From Anaeromyxobacteraceae bacterium (GTDB lineage Bacteria > Myxococcota > Myxococcia > Myxococcales > Anaeromyxobacteraceae), in contig JAULAX010000017.1 of NCBI GenBank assembly GCA_032654565.1, forward strand, positions 384,001 to 448,000: a stretch of 64,000 nucleotides of DNA, in the 5' to 3' direction. This document shows positions 41,850-54,643 of this stretch, piece after piece. The notes below the pieces were generated by a model. That model ran no database searches and was not told the DNA's origin. It saw only the letters and a program-made list of their open reading frames with translations. Positions within the stretch are counted from its first letter, which is position 1. Every line of letters begins with the position of its first letter. Position numbers and translations under genes: made by a program.

Positions 41850-43298
41850 CTACCTGGCCTTCCCCACCGCCGGCGGCTTCCAGGAGCCGTCGAGCGCCGA
41901 GGGGGCCCGCTCGCGTGGGCCGAAGAGCCGCAGCACCAGCGCGTAGCGCCCCTCCGGCACCTGCAGCCAGTTGGGCTCGCGCCCCTTGGGCGGGTCGGCC
42001 TGCAGCAGCAGTTCGAGCGAGCCGTCGCGGCCATAGTGGAACTTGGCCCGCGAGGTGAGCTGGCCGCGGCCGGCCTTGGCGGCCAGCGGCGCCCCCCGCT
42101 CGTCGTAGGCGGTCAGGGTCCAGAGCACCTCGGCCGGCGGCCCCTTGCCGCGGGTGAAGCGGAGCGCCCGGCGGACCTGGCCGTCGAGCGGCTTGCCGGC
42201 GCCGTCCACCTCGGCGGTCAGCACCACCCCGTCGAGGGCCCGGTCGGCACCGGCCGCCACCCGGGCGGCCCGTCCCAGGTGGCCGGGCGCCGCGGTCCCC
42301 ACGCCGGCGACGGTCCAGCCATTGACCGGCGCGGCCGGGGCCGCGGCCGCCAGGATCCTCTCCTGCGCCGCCCGGGGCACCCCGGCCAGCGCCTTGATCA
42401 CCGAGGCGTCGAGGCCGCTGGGGTCGAAGTCGCGGCCCGGGACCAGCCCGATGCGGGCCAGGGTGGGCAGGACGGCGGCGTCGGCGGCGTCGGGCGGGTT
42501 GGCCTTGAGCAGGGTCGCCAGCAGCTTGAAGTAGACCACGGCGTCGAGGGCGTGGACCTGCTCGAGGATGGGCGTCTTCTGGTCGAGCGAGGCGTCGGGG
42601 CGCCCCAGCGGAGGCTGGTACTTCTTGGGGTGGGCCCCCAGCGGCAGGAGCGTGATCCGCTCCAGCCAGCCCTGCGCCTCGGCCCGGTCGGCGGGGGTCC
42701 CGGCGGCCAGGGCCCGCCCCTCGATCCGGACCAGCGCCGTGGGTGACCGCACCTGGCGCACCCCGGCCGGCAGCTTCCCGCTCCAGGCCTGGCTGGTCAC
42801 GGCGACGCGGGCGGCGCGCCCCTTGCCCCCCTTGCCGCCGCTGCTGTCGAGCGTCTCGTTCCAGGCCGAGCGGATGGTCACCACGTGGAAGCGCCCCCTG
42901 GCGTCGGGGAGCGAGAGCAGCCAGGGCTCGGCGCCGACGTCCAGCCAGGCCTCCACCGCGACCTCGTCGAGCGAGGCTCGCGGCGCCAGCTCGGCCGGGG
43001 CGGCCGGCGCGTGGACCAGCTGGCCCATGGGGGCCTGCCGCCCCGCCGGCCGCTCGACGTTGGTGGCCACCCGGCGCGCCAGCTCCGCGGCCACCAGCGG
43101 GTACCCGAAGACGTAGGCCTCGACCGCGGCGTCCAGCGCCTCCTTCTCCCGCTCCGCCTCGCGGGCGACTGCGGCGGGCGGCCGCTCACCGGTCTTGGGC
43201 GGCGTCGGCGGCGGCGGGGGCGGCTTGCAGGCGGCCAGCGTCAGCGTCAGCGCCGCGACCCGCAGCACCCCATGCAGCCCGCGCGTCGATCGAACCAT
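41850..43298 (-). CDS. DUF1254/DUF1214-family lipoprotein
   Basis: Lipobox LAAC; EAYVFGYPLV, WLDV.AEP..LSLPD..GRF, WTLTAYD, DGSLEL, NWL and LRLFGP motifs. Start uncertain (43268-43331). Confidence 0.85.
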   Translation of the reverse strand: MVRSTRGLHGVLRVAALTLTLAACKPPPPPPTPPKTGERPPAAVAREAEREKEALDAAVEAYVFGYPLVAAELARRVATNVERPAGRQAPMGQLVHAPAAPAELAPRASLDEVAVEAWLDVGAEPWLLSLPDARGRFHVVTIRSAWNETLDSSGGKGGKGRAARVAVTSQAWSGKLPAGVRQVRSPTALVRIEGRALAAGTPADRAEAQGWLERITLLPLGAHPKKYQPPLGRPDASLDQKTPILEQVHALDAVVYFKLLATLLKANPPDAADAAVLPTLARIGLVPGRDFDPSGLDASVIKALAGVPRAAQERILAAAAPAAPVNGWTVAGVGTAAPGHLGRAARVAAGADRALDGVVLTAEVDGAGKPLDGQVRRALRFTRGKGPPAEVLWTLTAYDERGAPLAAKAGRGQLTSRAKFHYGRDGSLELLLQADPPKGREPNWLQVPEGRYALVLRLFGPRERAPSALDGSWKPPAVGKAR

Positions 43299-43496
43299 GG
43301 CCCGTGGCCTCCCCGACGCCGCGACGGGCACCTCCCGCCAGCGACCTCGAACTTCCGGTGGGGGAGCTTACCGGACCGAGGCCGCAGGACCACGCGATTT
43401 CCACGGTCCCGGCGCCCCCGGGCGCGTCGACAACGCCCGGCCCCCGTGGTTATCTCGACGGGTCGAAGCGGTCGGCGCCACGGCGAGGTGCAGCGA

Positions 43497-46400
43497 ATGG
43501 TCGAGGCCACCCTAGAGTCCCCGTTCTCCGGCCTGGCGGCGCGCTGGTCGGCGGTCGCTCCGCCCGATCGCCCCCTCGAGGAGGCCACCTGCGGGACCCT
43601 CTCCGCCGTGACCCCGGACGACCTGGCGGCGGTCGAGCCGGTGGTGGCGGCGCTGCTGGGGAGGCTCGACGCCGAGGCGACCCGCCCCGGGGCCCGCCGC
43701 GCCCTCTTCGCCCTGCTCGACGGCGCCCGGCGCCGGGGCTTCACCGAGGCGCTCACCCCGGACCAGGTCGACCCCTGGCTGCGCCTCCTGCTGCCGCTGG
43801 TCCGCCGCATCAACTTCACCGTCGGTGAGCTGCTGCGCTCGCGGGAGGAGACCGACCCCAAGGTGGTGGCCATCCGCACCATCGGCCCCGACCCCACCGA
43901 GCTGACGGTGGCCGAGGTGGCGCGCCGCACCCGGTCGATCGCCCGCGGCCTGCTGGCCATCCTCGGTGACCAGCCCGAGACCCGGGTGGCCATCCTCGCC
44001 GAGAACGGCCTGGAGACCGCCCTCTGCGACCTGGCCTGCCTCACCAACGGCTTCGTCGACTTCCCGCTCCCGGCCAACGCGGTGGCCGAGCAGGTGGTCT
44101 ACATGCTCCGGCACTCCCGGGCCCAGGTGCTGCTGGCCGGGGACGAGGAGCAGGTCGCCAAGGTGCTGCCCTCCCTGGCCGGGCTCCCCGACCTGAAGGC
44201 GGTGGTGGTGTTCGACGCCACCTGCGCCGAGCGCAACGGCCTGCTCTCGCTCGACCAGATGATCGGCCAGGGGGCCGGGTTCGACGAGCCGCTGCGGGCG
44301 GCGCGGGCGGCCCGGGTCAAGGTCACCGACATGGCCACCGCCATGTACACCTCGGGCACCACCGGGAAGCCCAAGGCCATCATCTTCACCCACGAGAACC
44401 TGGTCTCGAAGCGGCTCTGCCGCGGCCTGGCGCTGCCGGAGGTGGGCGAGGGCGACGTCTTCCTCTGCTACCTGCCGCTCTACCACACCTTCGGACGCTG
44501 GCTGGAGCTGATGGGAACGCTCTGGTGGGGAGCCACCTACACCTTCGCGCGCTCCACCGCCCAGAGCTCGCTGCTCGAGGACTTCCGCACCGTCAAGCCG
44601 AGCGTCTTCATCTCCGTCCCCAAGAAGTGGATCGAGCTGCAGGAGGCGGCCGCCTGGGAGGCCGCCAGCGAGGACGAGGAGGAGACCGCCGGTCACCTGC
44701 GGGTCATCACCGGCACCCGGCTGCGCTACGGGCTCTCGGCGGCCGGCTACCTCGACCCGGTCATCTTCAAGAACTTCCACCAGGCCGGCGTCGAGCTCTG
44801 CTCCGGCTACGGGATGACCGAGGCCACCGGCGGCATCACCATGACCCCGCCGGGCGGCTACGTGGACGGCTCCATCGGCGTCCCCCTCCCGGGCATCGAG
44901 TGCCGGCGCGCCGACGACGGGGAGCTGCTGATCCGCGGCGTCTACGTCTCCCCCGGCTACCTCGACCCCGGCCCCGACGAGGCCGGCGCGCACGAGCCGG
45001 ACGGCTGGTTCCACACCGGCGACCTGGTCAGCGTCGACGACGGCCACTTCCGCATCGTCGGCCGCAAGAAGGAGATCTACAAGAACCGCGCCGGGCAGAC
45101 CATCGCCCCGGCCCGCGTCGAGAACCTCTTCCGCGACTTCGAGGCCATCGGGCAGGCCTTCCTGGTCGGCGACCACCGCGACTACAACACCTTGCTGGTC
45201 TGGCCCAACTACCAGCAGCAGCCGCAGCTGCGCGACCTCACCGGGGAGCAGCTGCGCAACCTGATCTCCTCGCTGGTGGCCAGCGCCAACCGCTTCCTCG
45301 CCCCGTTCGAGCGGGTGGTCACCTTCCAGGTGCTCCCCCGCGCCCTCGACGTCGAGCACGGCGAGCTGACCCACAAGCACTCCTACAAGCGCGAGGAGGT
45401 GGGGAAGGCCTGGAAGGAGCTCATCGACAAGATGTACGAGCAGAAGCACCTGGCCCTGGCCATCGACGGCTGGTTCCTGCGCATCCCCAACTGGGTGCTG
45501 CGGGAGATCGGGGCGCTGCAGCACGAGGTCTCGCTGCAGGACGGCGTGCTCCGCGCCGGCGACCGGGCCCTGGCGGTCGGCCCCGACGTCGCCGCCCTCG
45601 GCTCCTTCCGCCTCGGCGACCTGGCCTACGCCTCGGACGGCAACGTCATCGACCTCGGCATCCTGCTCTCCCGCCCCGCCCTCTGGCTCGGCAACGAGGC
45701 GCTGCGCCGCTTCCTCGGCGACGAGGCCTTCCTGGCCCTGGCCGCCAAGCGGCGCAAGGGCGGCGGCGAGTACCGCATCGACCCGCGCGACTGGCGCGGC
45801 CCGCCGCCGGAGCGGCTGGAGGCCCTGCTCGAGCTGGTGGACCGGGCCGAGGTGAGCTTCCTCTCCATCCACGCCGCCGCCGAGCTGCTCCGCGCCGAGC
45901 GGCCGGAGGCGCGCCGGGCCATCGGCCACCTGCAGCGCGGCCTGACCGCCGCCTCGCCCGAGCAGGCCCGCCTGAGCCGGGCCCTGCTCCGCCGCGCCGC
46001 CGACGCCCCCGACGAGGACGTCCGGCGCCGCGCCTTCCGGGTGCTGCTGCCCAACGAGGACCCGGCCCTGACCCTGGAGACGCTGGGCAGCTTCCTCGAC
46101 CGCATGGAGGCCATGGCGCTGCGCGACGAGGACCTGGCCGACCTCGGCGAGCGCGGGCTCTCCGACGCCCAGGTGCTGCGCCTGCTCGGCTTCCTCTCCT
46201 CCGACCGGGCCAACGGCCCGCTCTCCGATCCCTCCGACCGGAAGCTGCTCATCGGCGTGATGCGGCTGCTCACCGCCACCGCCATCGCCCACCCCGCCTA
46301 CTTCGCCAGGGTCCGGGTGCCGCTGGCCCGCCTCACCCTCCACGAGGACCCCGGCATCTGCGCCCGCGCCGGCGAGGAGCTGGACCGGCTCCGCCGCGGC

Positions 46401-48152
46401 TTCTCCAACTGGGTCGGCCCCAACCTCCGGCTGGCCATCGATCCCCAGACCGGCAGCGAGTACGGCTGGAGCGACGTGCTGGTCTTCGAGCCCTCGGTCT
46501 CCGAGGCCGCCTGCCGGATGCTCCTGCAGGCGCTCTCCGACACCACCGTGGTCCGGGCCTCGGTCTTCCTGCTGGGCCGCGGCGTCCTGCTCTCCCTGGC
46601 TGACATCCCCCCCGGCGGCGCCGTGGTCAGCCTGCTGGGGCGGCAGCACGGCAAGGCGGTCTACCGGCTCTCCATCCACACCCGCTCCCGCGAGGTCTTC
46701 GACCTGGCCATCAACGTGGCCGAGGAGCTCTCCTTCGCCCAGCTGCGCGACGAGGTGAACTGGCTGCTGGCGGCCGGGGCCCCGCCGCCGCTGGTGGAGC
46801 AGTTCGGCGGCTACTTCGGCGAGTGGGGCATCTTCACCGAGGAGTTCATCCCCGGCAACGACGTGGAGCGCCAGGTGGCGCGGCTGCTGCGCCAGTCGGA
46901 GGGGAAGCGGCTGGAGCTGCTCTGGCCCTTCGTGGCCTGCACCGCCCTGGAGCTGCACGTCCGCTTCTGGGACCGGGCCGGCCGGCGGCTGGCGCTGCGC
47001 CTCCCCTCCCCGGCCGCCTTCATCGTCCCGTCCCACGACTACCAGACCGGCGCCCGCCTGGTCTCGATCGCCGACCGCTCCGCCTGCAGCACCCTCGACG
47101 ACCTGCTCGACCGCTTCCAGCAGAGCTTCCTCGACCGGGTGGAGAGCTCCCTCCCCGAGCTGCGGGGCAAGCTCACCGACGCCATGCAGCTGGCCGCGGT
47201 GGTCGAGGCGCTGGGCGTGGAGCGGGCCATCCCGGCGCTGGAGGAGGCCGCCAGCGGCAAGCGGGCCATCGCCGTCGCCTCCTACCTCGACCGGCTGCGC
47301 GCCGAGGGGCCCACCCCGCTGCGGCTCTTCTTCGCGGTCCGGCGCTTCAAGCGCTGGCTCGAGGTCAACCCCCGGGCCACCCCGGAGGCGCAGTCCAAGC
47401 ACCTCGGGGAGCAGTGGGGGACCTACCGGCTGGGGGAGCTCGAGACCCAGTGGCCCGACACCCGCATCCGCTTCTTCCGCCAGACCGTCTTCGCCGAGGC
47501 CCGGCCGGAGCTGGGGGCCGCCCTCGACCGGCTCATGCAGCGGATCCGGGCGCTGCCGGCCGGCGCGCTCGACCTGGCCGAGCAGGTGGCGGCGCTGCGC
47601 ACCGCGGTCAAACCCACCGAGGCCGAGGACCACGACCTGGCCCGCATGACCTACCGCTACCTCGGCCCCGCCGAGCAGGTGGCCCTGATCTCCATGCCCC
47701 ACGGCGATCACTACACCGCCGAGGTGGTGGTGGCGCAGGCCGCCAGCGACGGCAGCCGCTACACCCTGCGCGGCCCGGTCTCGCCGCGCGAGGTGGCGCG
47801 GCTGCTCCACCTCTTCCACGAGTCCAACCTGCAGGTGGCCTTCTCCACCGAGCACGAGTTCCTGCTGGCGCTCGACGCCAAGGACTCGGTCCTGGCCGGC
47901 CTCTTCTACCGGCCGGTGGCGGCCGGGCGGGTCCACATGGAGAAGGTGGTGGTGGGCCGCAAGCACCGCTCCAAGGGGATCGCCGACGGGTTGATGCGCG
48001 ACTTCTTCCGGCGGCTGCGGGCCCGCGGGGTCTCGGCGGTGGAGACCGGCTACTTCCAGCCCGAGTACCTGAAGCGCTTCGGGTTCCGCACCGATCCCTC
48101 CTCCGGCGGCCTGGTCCGCGACATCGACGCCGACGAATCCTTCGAGTGGTAA
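43497..48152 (+). CDS. 1551-aa long-chain acyl-CoA-synthetase-like adenylation domain fused to an uncharacterised middle region and a C-terminal GNAT domain
   Basis: MYTSGTTGKPK, YLPLYH, GYGMTE, GWFHTGDL, GRKKE; C-terminal VVVGRKHRSKGIA...YLKRFGF. Confidence 0.85.
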   Translation: MVEATLESPFSGLAARWSAVAPPDRPLEEATCGTLSAVTPDDLAAVEPVVAALLGRLDAEATRPGARRALFALLDGARRRGFTEALTPDQVDPWLRLLLPLVRRINFTVGELLRSREETDPKVVAIRTIGPDPTELTVAEVARRTRSIARGLLAILGDQPETRVAILAENGLETALCDLACLTNGFVDFPLPANAVAEQVVYMLRHSRAQVLLAGDEEQVAKVLPSLAGLPDLKAVVVFDATCAERNGLLSLDQMIGQGAGFDEPLRAARAARVKVTDMATAMYTSGTTGKPKAIIFTHENLVSKRLCRGLALPEVGEGDVFLCYLPLYHTFGRWLELMGTLWWGATYTFARSTAQSSLLEDFRTVKPSVFISVPKKWIELQEAAAWEAASEDEEETAGHLRVITGTRLRYGLSAAGYLDPVIFKNFHQAGVELCSGYGMTEATGGITMTPPGGYVDGSIGVPLPGIECRRADDGELLIRGVYVSPGYLDPGPDEAGAHEPDGWFHTGDLVSVDDGHFRIVGRKKEIYKNRAGQTIAPARVENLFRDFEAIGQAFLVGDHRDYNTLLVWPNYQQQPQLRDLTGEQLRNLISSLVASANRFLAPFERVVTFQVLPRALDVEHGELTHKHSYKREEVGKAWKELIDKMYEQKHLALAIDGWFLRIPNWVLREIGALQHEVSLQDGVLRAGDRALAVGPDVAALGSFRLGDLAYASDGNVIDLGILLSRPALWLGNEALRRFLGDEAFLALAAKRRKGGGEYRIDPRDWRGPPPERLEALLELVDRAEVSFLSIHAAAELLRAERPEARRAIGHLQRGLTAASPEQARLSRALLRRAADAPDEDVRRRAFRVLLPNEDPALTLETLGSFLDRMEAMALRDEDLADLGERGLSDAQVLRLLGFLSSDRANGPLSDPSDRKLLIGVMRLLTATAIAHPAYFARVRVPLARLTLHEDPGICARAGEELDRLRRGFSNWVGPNLRLAIDPQTGSEYGWSDVLVFEPSVSEAACRMLLQALSDTTVVRASVFLLGRGVLLSLADIPPGGAVVSLLGRQHGKAVYRLSIHTRSREVFDLAINVAEELSFAQLRDEVNWLLAAGAPPPLVEQFGGYFGEWGIFTEEFIPGNDVERQVARLLRQSEGKRLELLWPFVACTALELHVRFWDRAGRRLALRLPSPAAFIVPSHDYQTGARLVSIADRSACSTLDDLLDRFQQSFLDRVESSLPELRGKLTDAMQLAAVVEALGVERAIPALEEAASGKRAIAVASYLDRLRAEGPTPLRLFFAVRRFKRWLEVNPRATPEAQSKHLGEQWGTYRLGELETQWPDTRIRFFRQTVFAEARPELGAALDRLMQRIRALPAGALDLAEQVAALRTAVKPTEAEDHDLARMTYRYLGPAEQVALISMPHGDHYTAEVVVAQAASDGSRYTLRGPVSPREVARLLHLFHESNLQVAFSTEHEFLLALDAKDSVLAGLFYRPVAAGRVHMEKVVVGRKHRSKGIADGLMRDFFRRLRARGVSAVETGYFQPEYLKRFGFRTDPSSGGLVRDIDADESFEW

Positions 48153-49298
<1,146 letters not shown>

Positions 49299-49371
49299 GG
49301 TCGCCTCGCCCCCGGTCCAGGTCGGCGCCCCGGACCACCCCGTGGCCGGTGCGCCGGGGCGCGGCGGTGCC

Positions 49372-50223
49372 GTGAGATCCCGCCTGCTGCTGCTGGCCGC
49401 CGCGGTCCTCTGGTCCTCGGCCGGCGCCGTCATCAAGCTCTCCCGGCTCGACGCCTGGCAGCTGGCCGGGGGGCGGGCCCTGGTGGCCGCCCTGTTCCTG
49501 GCCGCCGTGGTCCCCTCGGCGCGGCGGCGCCCCACCGGCGGGCTGCTGCTGGTGGGGCTGGCCTACGCCTTCACCACCGTCCTCTTCGTCATCGCCAACA
49601 AGCTCACCACCGCCGCCAACGCCATCTTCCTGCAGGACACCGCGCCGCTCTGGGTGCTGCTCCTCTCCACCTGGGCGCTGGGGGAGCGCCCCAGCCGCGG
49701 CGAGCTGCTCTCGGTGCCCGTCTTCGGGCTCGGGCTCGGGCTCTTCTTCCTCGACCAGCTCTCCCCGGGCCAGCTGGCCGGCAACCTGGTGGCCCTGGCG
49801 GCCGGCGTCGCCTTCGCCGCCTCCATCATCGGCCTGCGGCGGCTCGGGCCCGAAGGCCCCGCCGCCCTGGTCTGGGGCAACCTCATCGCCGCCGCCGTCA
49901 CCCTCCCGCTCTGGCCGTTCGGACCGGCCGCCGGCGCCGCCGACCTCGGCGCCATCGCCTTCCTCGGCGTCTTCCAGCTCGGCCTCGCCTACCTGTGCTT
50001 CTCGCTCGGCCTGCGTGGCACGCCGGCGGTGGAGGCCTCGCTGCTGGTGCTGCTCGAGCCGGTGCTCAACCCGGTCTGGACCTTCCTGTTCGCCGGGGAG
50101 CGGCCCGGCCCCTGGGCGGTGGCCGGCGGCGCCATCATCCTGCTGGCCACCGCCTGGCGGACGCTGCAGCCCTGGCTGCTGGAGCGGCGCGGCGCGAACT
50201 CGACCCGTCGAGCCGGGGCTTGA
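49372..50223 (+). CDS. EamA/DMT-family transporter
   Basis: About 10 TM helices; [13 protein letters not shown] and [19 protein letters not shown] motifs. Confidence 0.88.
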   Translation: MRSRLLLLAAAVLWSSAGAVIKLSRLDAWQLAGGRALVAALFLAAVVPSARRRPTGGLLLVGLAYAFTTVLFVIANKLTTAANAIFLQDTAPLWVLLLSTWALGERPSRGELLSVPVFGLGLGLFFLDQLSPGQLAGNLVALAAGVAFAASIIGLRRLGPEGPAALVWGNLIAAAVTLPLWPFGPAAGAADLGAIAFLGVFQLGLAYLCFSLGLRGTPAVEASLLVLLEPVLNPVWTFLFAGERPGPWAVAGGAIILLATAWRTLQPWLLERRGANSTRRAGA

Positions 50224-50234
50224 TAGAAGGGTCC

Positions 50235-51454
<1,220 letters not shown>

Positions 51455-51458
<4 letters not shown>

Positions 51459-52090
51459 GCCCGGCGCGCTCGCCACCGCGGGGCCAGCTGCCCCCCGGCC
51501 GTTGCCCCCGCTGCGCCTTCCCCACCGAGGGGACGTGCCTGTGCCCGTCGATCCCCCGGCTCGAGGTGGGGGTCCGCATCCTGGTGGTGCGGCACGCCAG
51601 CGAGCGGATCCGCATGACCAACAGCGGCCGCTGGGCGGCCGCGGCGCTGGTGGGCGCCACCGTCTTCGACCACGCCCTCGAGGAGACCCGCTGCGACGCC
51701 GACCTGGCCACGGCCATCGGCGAGGCCCCGGCCTGGCTCCTCTACCCGTCCGGCGCCGGAGGCCGGCCCCCGGGCCCCCTGCCCCGCACCCTGGTGGTCC
51801 CCGACGCCACCTGGTCGCAGGCCCGCCGCATGGTGCAGCGGCTGGCGCCGCTCCAGTCCCTGCCCCGGCTCGACCTGCCGCCGCCGCCGACCACGCTGCG
51901 CCTCCGCGAGCCGCCCCGGGCCGGGGGGATGTCGACCCTGGAGGCCGTCGCCGGCGCCCTGGAGCTGCTGGGCGACGCCGCCGCGGCCGCGGCGCTGCGC
52001 GCCCTCCACGAGGTGGCGGTGGAGAAGACGCTCCGCCTCAAGGGCATGTGGCCCCCCGGCCGTGAACACCCTCGCACCGAGCCCCGATGA
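51455..52090 (+). CDS. DTW-domain tRNA-uridine aminocarboxypropyltransferase (TapT-like)
   Basis: CPRC...CLC, H..E....[18 protein letters not shown] and STLEA motifs. Confidence 0.88.
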
Positions 52091-53091
52091 CCGACCCCTT
52101 CGTCCCCGCCCCGCTGCTCCGCGACGCCGACGCCCAGACCATCTTCGCCAACCTCTGGCGGCCGCGCCCCGGCCCCCACATGGTCCGGGTCCGCTGGGAG
52201 CTGGAGGACGGCGACTTCCTCGACCTCGACCGGGCCGCCGGACCCACGCCGGAGTCCCCGGTGGCGGTCCTCTGCCACGGCCTGGAGGGCTCCTCGACCG
52301 CGCCCTACATCCGCGGCCTGGCCCGCGCCTGCGTGGCCCGGGGCCTGGCCGTGGCGGCGCTCAACTTCCGGACCTGCGGCGGCGAGCCCAACCGGCTGCT
52401 GCGCTCCTACCACTCCGGCGAGACCACCGACCTCGGCGAGGTGGTCCGCCGCCTGTTGCGGGAGCGACCGGGGCGGCCGGTGGTGGTGGCCGGTTTCTCG
52501 CTGGGGGGCAACGTGGTGACCAAGTGGCTCGGCGAGCACGGCGAGGCCCTGCCCGGGGAGGTCCGCGGCGGCGCCGCCATCTCGGTCCCCTTCGACCTCG
52601 GCGCCTGCCAGCGGCGCATCGACGGCCCGGGGACCTTCAGCTGGATCTACCGCGAGCGGTTCATGCGCCGGCTGCGGCGCAAGGCGGCCCTCAAGGCCCG
52701 TCGGTTCCCCGGGGCCTTCGACGCCCGGGCCCTGGCCGCGGCCACCACCTTCGGCGAGTACGACCAGCTGATGACGGCGCCGGCCCACGGCTTCGCCTCG
52801 CGCGAGGACTACTACCAGCGCTGCTCGGCAGGCCGCTTCGTCGCCGGGATCCGCCGCCCCTACCTGGCGCTCTCGGCCGCCGACGATCCCATGGTGCCGG
52901 CCGAGTCGCTGCCGGTGGCCGCGGCCGGGGCCAACCCGTCGGTCCGGCTGGTGGTCACCCCCCACGGCGGGCACACCGGGTTCGTCGACGGCACGCCGCT
53001 CCGTCCCGGCTTCTGGGCCGAGCGGACCGTGGCCGACTTCCTGGCCGGGCTGGCGGGTGGGGAGACCGGGGCTACCGCATCCCGCCCTTGA
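52087..53091 (+). CDS. YheT-family alpha/beta hydrolase
   Basis: DGDFLDLD, HGLEGSS, YHSGET.D, GFSLGGN, DDP and GGHTGF motifs. Confidence 0.9.
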   Translation: MTDPFVPAPLLRDADAQTIFANLWRPRPGPHMVRVRWELEDGDFLDLDRAAGPTPESPVAVLCHGLEGSSTAPYIRGLARACVARGLAVAALNFRTCGGEPNRLLRSYHSGETTDLGEVVRRLLRERPGRPVVVAGFSLGGNVVTKWLGEHGEALPGEVRGGAAISVPFDLGACQRRIDGPGTFSWIYRERFMRRLRRKAALKARRFPGAFDARALAAATTFGEYDQLMTAPAHGFASREDYYQRCSAGRFVAGIRRPYLALSAADDPMVPAESLPVAAAGANPSVRLVVTPHGGHTGFVDGTPLRPGFWAERTVADFLAGLAGGETGATASRP

Positions 53092-53371
53092 CGAAGGCCG
53101 CGACCTCCTTGATCTCGGCCGCGGTCAGCTTGCCGGCGAACGGGGTCATCTTCCCCCGGCCGCTGGTGACCACGGCCTCCATCTGGACGGCGCTGAGCGC
53201 GCTGGCGGTCAGGTCCTTGACCCCGAGCTTCTTGCCGATGGTGGTCTGGCCCTTGCCGTCGGTCCCGTGGCAGGAGACGCACCTGGCCACGTAGATCGCC
53301 TTGCCCTCGGCGGCGGAGGCGACGGTGCTGGTGGCGGCGAGCAGGGCGGCGGCGATGAGGAGGCGCTTCAT
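53072..53371 (-). CDS. Monoheme cytochrome c (class I)
   Basis: Signal peptide, CVSCH, distal Met in GKMTPF. Confidence 0.9.
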   Translation of the reverse strand: MKRLLIAAALLAATSTVASAAEGKAIYVARCVSCHGTDGKGQTTIGKKLGVKDLTASALSAVQMEAVVTSGRGKMTPFAGKLTAAEIKEVAAFVKGGMR

Positions 53372-53403
53372 GTGGACTCCGGTGCGGGTGAGGCGTGGGA
53401 CGG

Positions 53404-54630
53404 TCAGGGGACGGCGGGCTTGGCGGCGCTGGTCTTGAAGGTACCGACGAGGATGGGCACGGAGATCTTCACCAGGATGGTGAAGATGAGGAAGCCGATC
53501 CCGAAGATGCCGACGGCGATCGACCACTCGGTCAGGGTGGGCCGGTACTCGTAGATCTCGCCGAGGGTGTCGGGGGTCATCCCCGGGATCACCAGCCCCA
53601 GCCCCTTCTCGATGTAGACGCCGGCCCAGATCAGCAGGCACCCCACGTTGAGGGCGACCCAGTTCTGCCGCAGCTTCGGCACCAGGAAGATGAAGAAGGC
53701 CGCGGTGCTGGCCACCAGCGAGGTCCAGGCGAACGGCACCAGGGCTTTGTGCTCGCCGAGGCCGAACCAGAGGTACTGGGTGTACCGGAGCTCCTGGGTC
53801 TGGGAGTAGAACTCCTTGAAGAGCTCGGCGCCGAGCAGGAAGAGGTTGATGAACATGGCGTAGGCCATCAGCTCGGCGATCTTCCAGATGGCCTCGTCCT
53901 TGATGGGGATCCGGGTGGTCTTCCGCAGCACCTGGAAGAGGATGATCATCACCGCCGGCCCGGAGCAGAAGGCCGAGGCCAGGAAGCGGGGCGCCAGGAT
54001 GGAGGCGTTCCAGAAGGGGCGCGCCGCCATGCCGTTGTAGAGGAAGGCGGTCACGGTGTGGGTGCTGATGGAGACGGGGATGGAGAGGAGCACCAGCGGC
54101 AGCAGGATCTTCTTGTTGGGCTCCCTGCCGGCGTAGGCCTGGAAGAGGATGTAGAGCACCACGGTGACGTTGAGCACCAGGTAGATGTTGAGCACCAGGG
54201 CGTCCCAGGTGAGCAGCGAGCGCGGCCAGTTGGGGGTGCCCAGCAGCGGCAGCATGTGGTGCAGCCGGTCGGGCCGCCCCATGTCCACCATGATGAAGAG
54301 CAGGCACATGGCCAGGGCCGAGATGGCCAGCAGCTCGCCGAGGAGCACCACCTCCTTGAGCGGACCCCAGTGGTAGACGTAGGCCGGGATCACCAGCAGC
54401 ACGGCGGCGGCGGCCACCCCGACCAGGAAGGTGAAGTTGCCGATGTAGAAGGCCCAGGAGACCTGGTCGCGGATGTTGGTGGCGATCAGGCCGGTGCGGG
54501 CCTGGTGGACGTAGGCCACCAGGCCGATGGCGATGGCCACGCCGAGGGCGCCGAGCCAGATGTAGTAGGCCGGCTTGTCGGACTTCAGCTGCCGGCCACA
54601 GCCCTTGAGGAACTCGAGGATGCCGTTCAT
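53404..54630 (-). CDS. NrfD/DsrP-family membrane quinol-interacting subunit
   Basis: Multi-TM; WAFYIGNFTFLVGVAA, DMGRPDR, HTVTAF and ILAPRFLASAF motifs. Confidence 0.9.
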   Translation of the reverse strand: MNGILEFLKGCGRQLKSDKPAYYIWLGALGVAIAIGLVAYVHQARTGLIATNIRDQVSWAFYIGNFTFLVGVAAAAVLLVIPAYVYHWGPLKEVVLLGELLAISALAMCLLFIMVDMGRPDRLHHMLPLLGTPNWPRSLLTWDALVLNIYLVLNVTVVLYILFQAYAGREPNKKILLPLVLLSIPVSISTHTVTAFLYNGMAARPFWNASILAPRFLASAFCSGPAVMIILFQVLRKTTRIPIKDEAIWKIAELMAYAMFINLFLLGAELFKEFYSQTQELRYTQYLWFGLGEHKALVPFAWTSLVASTAAFFIFLVPKLRQNWVALNVGCLLIWAGVYIEKGLGLVIPGMTPDTLGEIYEYRPTLTEWSIAVGIFGIGFLIFTILVKISVPILVGTFKTSAAKPAVP

Positions 54631-54643
54631 GGGGGTGGCCTCG

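Noticed and set aside
53072..53091. 20-bp convergent overlap of the hydrolase and cytochrome c genes
   Set aside because: Short tail-to-tail overlaps are common in compact GC-rich genomes.
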